This document shows, in pieces, positions 8,951 to 18,235 of a stretch of 47,638 nucleotides of DNA. How positions within the stretch are numbered: position 1 is the stretch's first letter; every line of letters begins with the position of its first letter. The stretch covers positions 1 through 47,638 of the forward strand of contig CASFLC010000082.1 of assembly GCA_949295475.1 (NCBI GenBank). The letters run 5' to 3'. The notes below the pieces were generated by a model that saw only the letters and a list, made by a program, of their open reading frames with translations, did no database searches and was not told where the DNA came from. The translations under genes and the position numbers were made by a program. This stretch comes from an uncultured Pseudomonadota bacterium (lineage in GTDB: Bacteria > Pseudomonadota > Alphaproteobacteria > RF32 > CAG-239).

Positions 8951-8984
8951 AAAATAAAAAGGGCGCAAGCCCTTTTTATTTTGC
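8951..8984. terminator. Bidirectional rho-independent terminator
   Basis: AAAAAGGGC-GCAA-GCCCTTTTT: a GC stem flanked by an A-run and a T-run, placed between convergent genes. Confidence 0.7.
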
Positions 8985-8996
8985 CGGAAACAACGT

Positions 8997-10580
8997 TTAA
9001 TTCAAATAATCGGCCACAATTCCGGGCGTCAGCAGTTGCGGCAAAATCTTATATTCGGAAGAACCATCGTAATAGATGTACAAAGGAATGCTGTTGCGTC
9101 CATAACTCTCCAAAGCCGCGGCAATAACATCGCTGCGGTTTGTCCAGTCCGCCTTAAACAGACGGATATTTTTTTCTTTGACGGCCTGTTCAAAAGCCTC
9201 CGAATGCAGGGCGACCTGTTTGTTGACAAGACAGGTCAGGCACCATTTTGCCGTAAAGTCAATAAACACCGGCTGCTTTTGACGAACCAGCTGCTCAACC
9301 TTAACGGCATCATAGGCCTCCCATTGAAGCATGCCGGCAGATTTTCCCGCCTTCAGATGAAGTTGTCCGTACAAAAGCCAGCCCAGCCAGACACAGGTCA
9401 GCAAAACCGGAACGGCAAAAATTTTCTTAAGCAGCCTCATCCATTTTCCGGGCCGGGGAAGAACCTTGTGCAAAACCTGCGGAAACCACCCTGCCAAAGC
9501 GAAGGGCAGGGCATAGCCCAACCCCAGAGCCAGAAAAACCGGATAATAAACATAAACCGGCGACGCCAGAGCAAAACCAACCGCCACTCCCATAAAAGGC
9601 GCCGTGCAGGGACTGGCAATCAGCACTGCAAAAAAGCCGGTTACAAAAGCATTAACTCTTTGCCGTTTAAAACTCAAGGTGCCGAGCCGGTTAAACCAAC
9701 CGGCAGGAAACTGAATCACATCAAGCAGCATCAAGCCGATAATCAGAAAAACCGCCATCATAAATCCGACAAAAGAAGGCGATTGCAACTGAAATCCCCA
9801 GCCGATTTGTTCGCCTTTAAGCCGCAAAAACAGCAGCAGTGTCGCCGCCAAACCGAAACAAATGACAATCCCGGCTGCATAACACAAAGCCTCAATACGG
9901 CTTTCCCTCAGATTGTTTCGCTGTTGAACCAGTGCAATAGCTTTTAAGGTCAAAATCGGAAAAATACATGGCATGAAATTTAAGATTATTCCGCCGGCAA
10001 AAGCCATCAAAACAGCCAAACATAATGAAATATCAAGATTACGGCGCTCAGCAAAGGCATGCGCGGACGTCTGCCGGATTTTCTCCCATTCAGCCAGAGG
10101 CCTCAAATCAAATGAGGTAGCCGGAAGCCGCAGTTCAAATTCGACGCTTTCCGGAATACATTCGTCTTTGCAGGCCAGCCACGAAACCCTGACCCGGACA
10201 GTCTCGCTTTCCGAAAAGGAAACCGGGATAATTTCAGCCGCATAATAGGCATCTTTTCCGTAACCGTATTGAACGATTCCGTCAGTTTCAAATTTCTGAA
10301 ACCGGCTCCACTTCGGTTCGGACAATGTCCAACCCGGCGGCAGAGACCACTCAAGCTCGGTAGGCAAGCCGATGTCACCCGGATTCTGGGCAAAGATATG
10401 CCAGCCGTCATGCATGACGAATTGTATCAGCACGCCGAGATTCTGATTCGGATTAATCTGATTTTGGCTGGTGTAGAGGGTAACCGAAACCTTATCCGTC
10501 GATTTCCGAACGGCAGCTACCGCAGCGGTGCTCCACAATAAGACAGCCGCCAACAGCAGTGCCGTTCTGAAAAGTTTCAT
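8997..10580 (-). CDS. dsbD: DsbD/ScsB-family thiol:disulfide reductase (periplasmic N-domain, CcdA-like TM core, C-terminal thioredoxin)
   Basis: Signal peptide, TM-core motifs MPCIFPIL and ASPCTAPF, and a C-terminal thioredoxin CxxC (AKWCLTC). Confidence 0.85.
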   Translation of the reverse strand: MKLFRTALLLAAVLLWSTAAVAAVRKSTDKVSVTLYTSQNQINPNQNLGVLIQFVMHDGWHIFAQNPGDIGLPTELEWSLPPGWTLSEPKWSRFQKFETDGIVQYGYGKDAYYAAEIIPVSFSESETVRVRVSWLACKDECIPESVEFELRLPATSFDLRPLAEWEKIRQTSAHAFAERRNLDISLCLAVLMAFAGGIILNFMPCIFPILTLKAIALVQQRNNLRESRIEALCYAAGIVICFGLAATLLLFLRLKGEQIGWGFQLQSPSFVGFMMAVFLIIGLMLLDVIQFPAGWFNRLGTLSFKRQRVNAFVTGFFAVLIASPCTAPFMGVAVGFALASPVYVYYPVFLALGLGYALPFALAGWFPQVLHKVLPRPGKWMRLLKKIFAVPVLLTCVWLGWLLYGQLHLKAGKSAGMLQWEAYDAVKVEQLVRQKQPVFIDFTAKWCLTCLVNKQVALHSEAFEQAVKEKNIRLFKADWTNRSDVIAAALESYGRNSIPLYIYYDGSSEYKILPQLLTPGIVADYLN

Positions 10581-11299
10581 TATTTGCGGCCTTTCGGGGC
10601 AATCACAAAATTATAATAAGCGGTCGAAACAATCATCACTGCCTTAATCAGACACCAGCATCCCAGAATAATGGCAATCGGCATAAACCATCCCGGAACA
10701 ATGCACAAAATGACCAGAGCCGTCAATGTCTCGCAGCCTTGGGCCAATCCGCCGAGATAAAAAGGCGACTGTTCCAAATCAGGCGTTTTTTGCTGTTTGT
10801 TTTTATAGTCAATGACGGCATAAGCCAGCATGGCGCTGGCAGAAGCGGAAAATCCGAACAGCAGAAAACTCGCCGCGACGGCGTTTTGTGCCGGATAAGC
10901 CAGGGCAAAACCGAAAATTACGCCGGCGTAAAAGGCATAATCCAACGCCGCATCTAAAAAAACGCCAAAATCGGTAATCTTTCCCGCATGTCGAGCCACG
11001 GCACCGTCAATCGCGTCGCACAAACGGTTGATTAAAATCAGCAACAAAGCTGTCAAATACATCTCCATGGCCAAAAAATTAATGGCCAGCATACCGATTA
11101 GAAAGCCGAAGATGGAAACGGCATTGGCCGGAATTCCCCATTCGTACAATTTTTTGCCCGACAAATTTACAAAACGTCCGGCATCGTTCCTCATGCGGGC
11201 AACGGCTGCCCGGGTTCGGCTGTTATTAACTTTTGCTGCAAATTTATTTAGGGTTGCTTTTACATCCTTTAACATAATATAATCCTTTCCGTAAAACAT
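10580..11299 (-). CDS. CDP-alcohol phosphatidyltransferase family protein
   Basis: Signature D-x2-DG-x2-AR-x8-G-x3-D-x3-D, seen as DAIDGAVARHAGKITDFGVFLDAALD, in a polytopic protein. The likely start is the internal ATG (MLKDV) at about 11278. Its stop overlaps the dsbD-like ATG by 1 nt (TAATG). Confidence 0.85.
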   Translation of the reverse strand: MFYGKDYIMLKDVKATLNKFAAKVNNSRTRAAVARMRNDAGRFVNLSGKKLYEWGIPANAVSIFGFLIGMLAINFLAMEMYLTALLLILINRLCDAIDGAVARHAGKITDFGVFLDAALDYAFYAGVIFGFALAYPAQNAVAASFLLFGFSASASAMLAYAVIDYKNKQQKTPDLEQSPFYLGGLAQGCETLTALVILCIVPGWFMPIAIILGCWCLIKAVMIVSTAYYNFVIAPKGRK

Positions 11300-11373
11300 C
11301 TGTCGCCATGTTAAAACAAAAATTTCCTAAAGTAAAAAACAAGTGTCGGCATTGTGCAAAAGATAGGATAAAT

Positions 11374-12387
11374 ATGCGTATTTTCAAACTGATTTCAATA
11401 TTGTTGGTTTTAGGCGTTGCCGGCATTTATGTTTACGAAAACAAATCCGGGTCGCAGACTTTTGAAGGAAACATTTTCGGAACAAGCTATCGCATAAAAG
11501 TAAAAATGCCAAAAAAAGATTCGTCACTCTCTGACAAAATCAAAACCGCTTTAAATCGGGTAAATACCCGGATGTCCGTTTTTGAGAGAGAATCGGAAAT
11601 CAGCAAAATCAACCGTGCCGGAACCGAAACGGTTGTCCTGTCTCCTGAAATGTCGTATCTTCTGTATCATGCCGGAGAAGTCTTCCGGAAAAGCGGCGGC
11701 GCATTTGATCCGACGGTCGGCAAACTGGTCAGCCTCTGGGGATTCGGACCGGAACCCCCGCAACGGATACCTGACGCGGAAGAAATCGGCGAGGCTTTGA
11801 AATATGCCGGCTTTGACAAATTGATGTTCAACAAGGACTACACCAAGCTCCGCAAAAAATTTCCTCAAACGGAACTGAACTTGTCCGCCATAGCCAAAGG
11901 GTACGCCGTGGATGAAGTGGCCCGCCTGCTGGAAGAAAACGGATATAAAGATTACATGATTGAAATAGGCGGAGAAATCAAAACTGCCGGAACCAAAGAC
12001 GATAGGGGGAACTTGTGGAACATCGGTTTGGCCGTTCCCGAAAAAAACAGCCGGAATAACCTGATGGTATTGGAACTGACCGATGTCGGCATTGCCACTT
12101 CGGGCGATTATCGCAATTTTTTTCAAAAAGACGGCAAGAAATATGCGCATACCATTTCGCCGCAGACCGGCCGGCCGGCGGAAAATGATTTGGCCTCGGC
12201 AACGGTTTTTCATGACAGTTGCATGCTGGCAGATGCTTATGCCACTGCAATTATGGCTTTGGGAGGGCAAAAAGGGATGCTTTTTGCCGAGGAACAAAAC
12301 CTTCCCGTTATTTTGATTGTCAGAGGAGCAAACGGACACATGGATATAAAGTGGTCATCGGCAGCCCGGAAGTTAATCGGAGAATAA
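11374..12387 (+). CDS. apbE: FAD:protein FMN transferase ApbE
   Basis: ApbE hallmarks AIAKGYAVD, IATSGDYRNFF, HTISPQTGRP and ADAYATA. I prefer the ATG at 11374 (MRIFKLISILLVLGVAG signal anchor) to the track start at 11308. Confidence 0.9.
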   Translation: MRIFKLISILLVLGVAGIYVYENKSGSQTFEGNIFGTSYRIKVKMPKKDSSLSDKIKTALNRVNTRMSVFERESEISKINRAGTETVVLSPEMSYLLYHAGEVFRKSGGAFDPTVGKLVSLWGFGPEPPQRIPDAEEIGEALKYAGFDKLMFNKDYTKLRKKFPQTELNLSAIAKGYAVDEVARLLEENGYKDYMIEIGGEIKTAGTKDDRGNLWNIGLAVPEKNSRNNLMVLELTDVGIATSGDYRNFFQKDGKKYAHTISPQTGRPAENDLASATVFHDSCMLADAYATAIMALGGQKGMLFAEEQNLPVILIVRGANGHMDIKWSSAARKLIGE

Positions 12388-12388
12388 G

Positions 12389-12802
12389 ATGAAGCAAATA
12401 CAGCATCGCGGCAGGATAATTTCCGCCAGCCAAACCAAAATAACCGCAGAAATAATCGGCCAGCCCGCCTGTCTGGGATGTGCGGCCCGAACCGTTTGCG
12501 GCCTGAAGGAAGGGAAAATAAAAACGGTGGAAGCGGTTGTTCCGAATGCCGGAGATTTTAAACCGGGCGAAGAAGTCCTTATTGGCATCAGCCCGGCTGC
12601 CGGTTTAACGGCGGCGCTTTGGGGCTATTTTTTGCCGCTGCTGCTGATGCTGTCCGTCCTTATTTGCAGCCTGCTGTCCGATGTTTCAGAACTAATCTCG
12701 GGCATATCTGCCATAATTATCTTGATTCCTTATTATTTCGGGCTATTCTTGATGAGAAAACGGTTCAAACAAAAATTTGCATTTACCGTTTCCAAAATTT
12801 AA
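12389..12802 (+). CDS. RseC/MucC-family (SoxR-reducing system) small membrane protein
   Basis: 137 aa. It has an N-terminal CxxC-containing soluble part (PACLGCAARTVCG) and two C-terminal TM helices, and it lies directly upstream of rnfB as in Bacteroidota-type rnf loci. Confidence 0.7.
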   Translation: MKQIQHRGRIISASQTKITAEIIGQPACLGCAARTVCGLKEGKIKTVEAVVPNAGDFKPGEEVLIGISPAAGLTAALWGYFLPLLLMLSVLICSLLSDVSELISGISAIIILIPYYFGLFLMRKRFKQKFAFTVSKI

Positions 12803-12821
12803 CCCCTCAACGGATTGCGCC

Positions 12822-13670
12822 ATGGAAAACATTATATTGCTGAGTATTTTGGTCTTAGGCGGCATCGCGCTGATTGCCTCGGTGATTTTATACTTTGTTT
12901 CGCAAAAATGTGCTGTAGAAGAAGATACCCGCGTTGCCGAAATCGAAAATCTTCTGCCCCAGGCCAATTGCGGCGCCTGCGGAAAAGCCGGCTGCCACGA
13001 CTTTGCTGTTGCCTGCGCCGCGGCCGATGCAAAAACATTTTCAAACCTGTTCTGTCCGGTAGGAGGCGCGAGTGTAATGGGAAAGATTGCGGCGCTGCTC
13101 GGATACCAAACAACCGCCAAAGAGCCGACCCTGGCGGTTCTGCGCTGCAACGGAACATGCCAAAACGCGCCGGCCAAAATTATCTATGACGGCATCGACA
13201 GCTGCCGGATTGCCGCCGGTATTTCCAGTGGACAAAGCGGCTGCCCGAACGGCTGCCTGCGGTTGGGCGATTGCGTAAAAGTCTGCAAATTCGGCGCATT
13301 GAGCATCAATCCTCAAACGGGAATCCCCGTTGTGGATGAAGAGAAATGCACTTCCTGCGGGGCTTGCGTCAAAACATGTCCACGCGGTTTGTTTGAGATA
13401 CGTCCCAGGGGCCGCGACGGTAACCGGGTGTATGTCGCCTGCCGCAATACCCAGAAAGGCGCCCTTGCACGCAAAAACTGCGCTGTCGCCTGCATCGGCT
13501 GCATGAAGTGTACCAAAATCAATCCGGAAATCACGGTTGCGGATAATCTTTCATACATTCCGGCTGGCGTTTCTGCCGACCAATACGGCGAAGCGCTGGT
13601 CAAAGCCTGTCCGACCGGCGCCATTGTCTGCACCGGAAAACAAACGCCGGAGGAAAAAGCCCATGACTAA
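12822..13670 (+). CDS. rnfB: Rnf complex subunit B (Fe-S)
   Basis: N-terminal TM anchor, a CGACG..GC cluster motif, and several ferredoxin-type motifs such as CTSCGACVKTCP. The ATG at 12822 (MENIILLSILV) is preferred over the track start at 12777. Confidence 0.9.
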   Translation: MENIILLSILVLGGIALIASVILYFVSQKCAVEEDTRVAEIENLLPQANCGACGKAGCHDFAVACAAADAKTFSNLFCPVGGASVMGKIAALLGYQTTAKEPTLAVLRCNGTCQNAPAKIIYDGIDSCRIAAGISSGQSGCPNGCLRLGDCVKVCKFGALSINPQTGIPVVDEEKCTSCGACVKTCPRGLFEIRPRGRDGNRVYVACRNTQKGALARKNCAVACIGCMKCTKINPEITVADNLSYIPAGVSADQYGEALVKACPTGAIVCTGKQTPEEKAHD

Positions 13671-14985
13671 ACTGAAAACTTTTCGCATCGGCGGTATTCA
13701 TCCCAATAAATACAAAATCACCACGGATTCACCGATAATAGACGCCGGGCTGCCGGATATCGTGACAATTCCGGTCAAACAACACATCGGCGCCCCCGCC
13801 AAAATCTTGGTGCAAAAGGGCGATAAGGTCAAAGTCGGAACCCTACTGGCCGACGCCGATGGGATTGTTTCGTCAGACGTTCACTCTTCCGTTTCCGGAG
13901 AAATTTTAAAAATAGAAGAAACCGAAGGCGAATTCGGATATCTCGAAAAAATGATAACAATCAAAGTCGAAGGAGATGATTGGGCCCCCTCCATTAACCG
14001 CAGTGACGATATCATCAGGGAGATTCCTTTTTCAGCGGAAGAAATCATAGCCAAAATCAGAGAGGCCGGCATTGTCGGCATGGGCGGAGCAGGTTATCCG
14101 ACGCCGATAAAAACAACGATTCCCGAAAATAGAAAAATTGACTTTCTGATAATCAACGGTATTGAATGCGAACCGTTTTTGACGGCCGACGACCGATTGA
14201 TGGTTGAAAAAGCCGAACAGATTGTCATCGGCGCCAAAATCCTCAATAAAGCCTTGGGAATCCAAAATGCGATAATAGCTGTTGACGAAAACAAACCGCA
14301 TGCCGTTGAAATATTAAGCCGCCTCAGCAAAAGCTACATCGGCGTTAATGTCCAGGTTTGTGCCACAAAATATCCCCAGGGCGGCGAAAAGCAGCTCATC
14401 AACGCCGTGACCGGCCGAGAGGTCCCTTCCGGGAAACTGCCCGCCGACGCCGGCTGCATCGTACAAAACGTCGGTACCGTCAACGCCGTATATGAAGCCG
14501 TTCTCAAAAACAAACCCTTGTTTGAACGGATTGTCACCGTCAGCGGCGACGCCTGTCTGCATCCGGCAAATTTTCGCGTCAGAGTAGGGACGCCGGCTTC
14601 GTTTTTAATTGAAAAATGCGGCGGCTTAACCGAAAATACGGCGCAAGTCATTTTCGGCGGGCCGATGATGGGAACCTCTGCATTTAATATCAATGCGCCG
14701 GTAACCAAGCTGACTTCCGGCATTTTGCTGCTGTCCGACAAACTGGCACACAAAGCGCCGGCCGGAGACTGCATCCGCTGTGCAAAATGCGTAGAAGTCT
14801 GTCCGGTAGGACTCCAGCCTTTCATGATAGGCCGTTTGGTCCGCGCCGGCATGCTCGAAGAAACCCGAGAATTTCATCCGCTGGACTGTATTGAATGCGG
14901 CTGTTGCGCATTTACCTGTCCGGCACACCTGCCTTTGCTGGATTATTGCAAACTGGCAAAAGCCGAACTGAAAAGGAAAAAATAG
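13663..14985 (+). CDS. rnfC: Rnf complex subunit C
   Basis: GMGGAGYPT nucleotide-binding motif and two C-terminal 4Fe-4S motifs (CIRCAKCVEVCP and CIECGCCAFTCP). The ATG at 13663 overlaps the rnfB stop; the track start at 13537 lies inside rnfB. Confidence 0.9.
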   Translation: MTKLKTFRIGGIHPNKYKITTDSPIIDAGLPDIVTIPVKQHIGAPAKILVQKGDKVKVGTLLADADGIVSSDVHSSVSGEILKIEETEGEFGYLEKMITIKVEGDDWAPSINRSDDIIREIPFSAEEIIAKIREAGIVGMGGAGYPTPIKTTIPENRKIDFLIINGIECEPFLTADDRLMVEKAEQIVIGAKILNKALGIQNAIIAVDENKPHAVEILSRLSKSYIGVNVQVCATKYPQGGEKQLINAVTGREVPSGKLPADAGCIVQNVGTVNAVYEAVLKNKPLFERIVTVSGDACLHPANFRVRVGTPASFLIEKCGGLTENTAQVIFGGPMMGTSAFNINAPVTKLTSGILLLSDKLAHKAPAGDCIRCAKCVEVCPVGLQPFMIGRLVRAGMLEETREFHPLDCIECGCCAFTCPAHLPLLDYCKLAKAELKRKK

Positions 14986-14990
14986 AACTG

Positions 14991-15986
14991 ATGCTTAAAA
15001 TTTCGACTGCTCCTCACTTAACAACCAACCGGGATACCCGTGCCTTAATGACGGATGTGATTATTGCACTGATACCGGCCGCATTGGTTGCCGTTCTGTT
15101 TTTTGGACTGGCAGCGCTGAAAGTTATCTTAACGGCGGTTGCCGGCTGCGTTTTGTTTGAATATCTGGCCGGCCGCTATTGGTTCAAAACCGGCAACACC
15201 ACCCGCGACGGTTCCGCCGTCATCACCGGTCTGCTCTTGGCGTTTAATTTGCCGAGTTCCATGCCTGTTTTGATGATTCTTTGCGGCTGCTTTATGGCCA
15301 TAGTGGTTGCCAAACTCTGTTACGGCGGTTTGGGCAAAAACATTTTTAACCCGGCGTTAGTTGGACGCGTTTTCTTGTTTATCTCGTTTCCGGTGCAAAT
15401 GACAACCTGGCCCAAGCCGGAATTTTTAAATCTGTGGAGTTTTGATGCACAAACCGGCGCCACCACGCTGGGCATTCTGAAACATCTGGACGCTTCGACA
15501 TCGGCCACGGCTCTGGTTCAGGGAACCTCCGCGGAAAGCATCCCGGCTTACTGGCAAATGTTTGTCGGTTATACCGGCGGCTGTCTGGGCGAAGTTTCTG
15601 CACTGGCTTTGCTCATCGGATTCGTTTACATGTTGTGGCGCAAAGTCATCACCTGGCACATTCCGTTTTATTACATGGCTACGGTTTTCGTCATTACCGC
15701 CGTTATGTGGCTTCTGACCAAAGATGTCCGCTACGAACCGCTGACCCATTTGCTGTCCGGAGGTCTGATTCTCGGAGCTGTTTTCATGGCAACCGACTAC
15801 ACCACGTCACCGATGACCAAAAACGCACAGATTCTCTATGCCGTCGGCTGCGGCGTGCTGACGATTGTCATCCGCCTCTGGAGCGCTTATCCGGAAGGCG
15901 TTTCTTTTGCCATTTTAATCATGAACGCTTTGGTGCCGCTGATGGATAAATATGCCAAACCTCGTTTTTACGGAAGCCGGAGATAA
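14991..15986 (+). CDS. rnfD: Rnf complex subunit D
   Basis: Polytopic NqrB/RnfD-like protein with an FMN-attachment-type motif (DAQTGATTLG). The ATG at 14991 (MLKISTAPHL) is preferred over the track start at 14895. Confidence 0.9.
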   Translation: MLKISTAPHLTTNRDTRALMTDVIIALIPAALVAVLFFGLAALKVILTAVAGCVLFEYLAGRYWFKTGNTTRDGSAVITGLLLAFNLPSSMPVLMILCGCFMAIVVAKLCYGGLGKNIFNPALVGRVFLFISFPVQMTTWPKPEFLNLWSFDAQTGATTLGILKHLDASTSATALVQGTSAESIPAYWQMFVGYTGGCLGEVSALALLIGFVYMLWRKVITWHIPFYYMATVFVITAVMWLLTKDVRYEPLTHLLSGGLILGAVFMATDYTTSPMTKNAQILYAVGCGVLTIVIRLWSAYPEGVSFAILIMNALVPLMDKYAKPRFYGSRR

Positions 15987-15989
15987 GCC

Positions 15990-16565
15990 ATGGATAAAGC
16001 AAAATTTTTCAAAATGGCTCTGACGCTGGTAACCATCGCCATTTTATCGGCCTTTGTTCTGGCATGGGTTAACGGCCTGACCAAAGAACCAATACAAAAA
16101 GCCAAAGACGCCCGTGAACTTCAGGCTATTGCGGAAGTCGTCGGCGAGTTTGACAACAATCCTTTTGCCGAAAAGATGACGATTTACACACCGGACAAAA
16201 AAGCCAAGCTGACATTCTATCCTGCCCGCAAAAACGGAAAAATCACCTCTTTTGCCGTAAAAACCTTCAGCAACAACGGATTTGGCGGCCGGCTGGAGCT
16301 GATTGCCGGATTTTACATCAACGGAGCCGTCAAAAACTTCAAAGTAACGGATCACAAAGAAACGCCGGGACTGGGAACCAAAGTCAGCGAAGACGCTTTC
16401 CGCAGTCAGTTTGACGGCTTTAACCCCAAACGCCGGATTTTCAAAGTTCGGCAGGACGGCGGTGAAATTGATGCCGTCACGGCGGCAACAATCAGTTCCC
16501 GGGCGGTCGTAGATGCCATCCAGCGCGCCATTGACGCTTATAACCATTTTAAAACAGGAAAATAA
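15990..16565 (+). CDS. rnfG: Rnf complex subunit G (FMN-binding)
   Basis: N-terminal anchor, FMN_bind-like domain, and [10 protein letters not shown] at the position of the flavinylated threonine motif. Confidence 0.9.
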   Translation: MDKAKFFKMALTLVTIAILSAFVLAWVNGLTKEPIQKAKDARELQAIAEVVGEFDNNPFAEKMTIYTPDKKAKLTFYPARKNGKITSFAVKTFSNNGFGGRLELIAGFYINGAVKNFKVTDHKETPGLGTKVSEDAFRSQFDGFNPKRRIFKVRQDGGEIDAVTAATISSRAVVDAIQRAIDAYNHFKTGK

Positions 16566-16567
16566 CC

Positions 16568-17164
16568 ATGGATAAAACCAGCTTAGAAAACCTGACCCGC
16601 GGCCTTATCCGCGAAAATCCGACTTTCGTTATGTTGCTCGGTATGTGCCCAACGCTGGGCGTTACCACTTCGGCTGCTAACGGTCTGGGCATGGGACTAG
16701 CCACATTATTTGTCCTGATGCTTTCCAATATGGCCATTTCACTGGTCAAAAACCTGATTCCGGACATGGTGCGCATTCCGAGTTTTATCGTAATCATTGC
16801 CGCATTTGTCACGGTCGTGGATATGTTAATGGCCGCCTATCTGCCGGGGCTGCACGCCGCTTTGGGAATATTTATTCCGCTGATTGTTGTTAACTGTATT
16901 ATTCTCGGCCGGGCGGAAGCTTTTGCTTCCAAGCACAATGTCTGGCAATCGCTGCTGGACGCTGTCGGCATGGGAGTAGGCTTTAGCTGTGCGCTGACGT
17001 TACTTGGTTCGGTGCGCGAAATTTTAGGGTCGGGATCTTTGTTCGGACACAGCTTTGTCGGGGAAGGGGCGGACACCATGCTGCTGTTCATCATGCCGCC
17101 GGGAGCTTTTCTTGCTCTGGCCGGATTGATAATTACCGTTAACCGCCTGCGGGGAGTTAAATAG
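16568..17164 (+). CDS. rnfE: Rnf complex subunit E
   Basis: 198-aa six-TM protein with RnfE/NqrD patterns ([36 protein letters not shown]). Confidence 0.9.
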   Translation: MDKTSLENLTRGLIRENPTFVMLLGMCPTLGVTTSAANGLGMGLATLFVLMLSNMAISLVKNLIPDMVRIPSFIVIIAAFVTVVDMLMAAYLPGLHAALGIFIPLIVVNCIILGRAEAFASKHNVWQSLLDAVGMGVGFSCALTLLGSVREILGSGSLFGHSFVGEGADTMLLFIMPPGAFLALAGLIITVNRLRGVK

Positions 17165-17166
17165 TC

Positions 17167-17742
17167 ATGGCATATTTGATGATTTTTGTAACGGCAATTT
17201 TTGTAAACAACATTGTTTTGTCGCAGTTCTTGGGAATTTGTCCTTTTCTCGGCGTTTCAAAAAAAATATCGACGGCAGCCGGCATGGGAATTGCGGTCAT
17301 GTTTGTCATTACGTTGTCCACCATTGTAACATACCTGATTTATTACAGCTTTTTACAGCCGTACAATCTGTCTTTTATGATTACCGTCACCTTTATTCTG
17401 GTCATTGCCTCGCTGGTACAGATGGTGGAAATCATTCTGAAAAAAACATCGCCGGCCCTTTATCAGGCTTTGGGTATCTTTCTGCCTCTGATAACCACCA
17501 ACTGTGCGGTACTGGGAATTGCCATTCTGACCATTCAGAAAAACTACAACCTTTTAGCGGCGGTCTGCTATGCGCTGGCCAGTTCCATGGGATTTACACT
17601 GGCTATTATTATCTTTGCCGGAATAAGAGAACGGCTGAATACCACCAATATTCCGGCCGCGTTAAAAGGAACACCGATAGCTCTGATTACCGCCGGACTG
17701 CTTTCCATGGCCTTTATGGGCTTTGCCGGCATCAGTCATTAA
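17167..17742 (+). CDS. rnfA: Rnf complex subunit A
   Basis: 191-aa six-TM protein with RnfA/NqrE patterns (NNIVLSQFLGICPFLGVS, LPLITTNCAVLG). Confidence 0.9.
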   Translation: MAYLMIFVTAIFVNNIVLSQFLGICPFLGVSKKISTAAGMGIAVMFVITLSTIVTYLIYYSFLQPYNLSFMITVTFILVIASLVQMVEIILKKTSPALYQALGIFLPLITTNCAVLGIAILTIQKNYNLLAAVCYALASSMGFTLAIIIFAGIRERLNTTNIPAALKGTPIALITAGLLSMAFMGFAGISH

Positions 17743-17780
17743 AAAAAATAAGGCTTGGATTTTTCCAAGCCTTATTTGAT
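17743..17780. terminator. Bidirectional rho-independent terminator after rnfA
   Basis: A-run, then AAGGCTTGGA-TTTT-TCCAAGCCTT, then a T-rich tail, between convergent genes. Confidence 0.7.
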
Positions 17781-17789
17781 AAAATTCAT

Positions 17790-18164
17790 TCATAATTTTG
17801 CCAGTTCCGCAGAATTTAAAATTTTGACGGCGTCAAATTCCACGGCCGGAAATATTTCAAACCCGTCTTTCAGAGGGGCTTTGATAAAAACTTGCCGCCC
17901 TTGGGAGGCTGCATGCAGCACCATCTGATGTTTTACCAAATCATCAGATGTCGCCCGAAGCGCATCTTCCAGGGTCAAAACCTTGATGTTCCACCCCAGC
18001 AAAGTTCTCCACCAGGCCTTTTGCCCGGGGATTTGCACATACTCCACCATGTAGGAAAAACCTTCATCCATGGCTTTTTTTAACACTTGGCGAGCCGAAA
18101 GGCTGTAATCCATTTTGATACAGCAATACTCCCCGTAACCATAAACAAAACCTTTTTGCTTCAT
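17790..18164 (-). CDS. Hypothetical protein, no family recognised
   Basis: 124-aa ORF between two good terminator and intergenic boundaries. It has ordinary composition, and I recognise no motif. Confidence 0.5.
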   Translation of the reverse strand: MKQKGFVYGYGEYCCIKMDYSLSARQVLKKAMDEGFSYMVEYVQIPGQKAWWRTLLGWNIKVLTLEDALRATSDDLVKHQMVLHAASQGRQVFIKAPLKDGFEIFPAVEFDAVKILNSAELAKL

Positions 18165-18235
18165 AGTCGTAAATTTAAAATAATTTATAATTTATATTTT
18201 CTGATGTGACGACAATACACTTTTGACATATTTTG

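Noticed and set aside
9036-9947. 303-aa plus-strand ORF, with its neighbours at 9973-10245 and 10269-10541
   Set aside because: These are antisense to the DsbD-like gene, whose TM-core and thioredoxin motifs are unambiguous. The products are low-complexity and rich in Arg, Gln and Lys.
11551-12339. 262-aa minus-strand ORF
   Set aside because: It is antisense to apbE, which has strong family motifs. This genome generally leaves long open antisense frames; the same applies to 3657-4205, 4882-5391, 6671-7177, 14334-14852, 16044-16547, 20559-21239, 24699-25214, 42612-43136, 43446-43889 and 45435-45926.
17238-17795. 185-aa plus-strand ORF overlapping rnfA in another frame
   Set aside because: The rnfA frame gives a canonical six-TM RnfA/NqrE sequence. 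The alternative frame is Cys/His/Gly-rich and not membrane-like.
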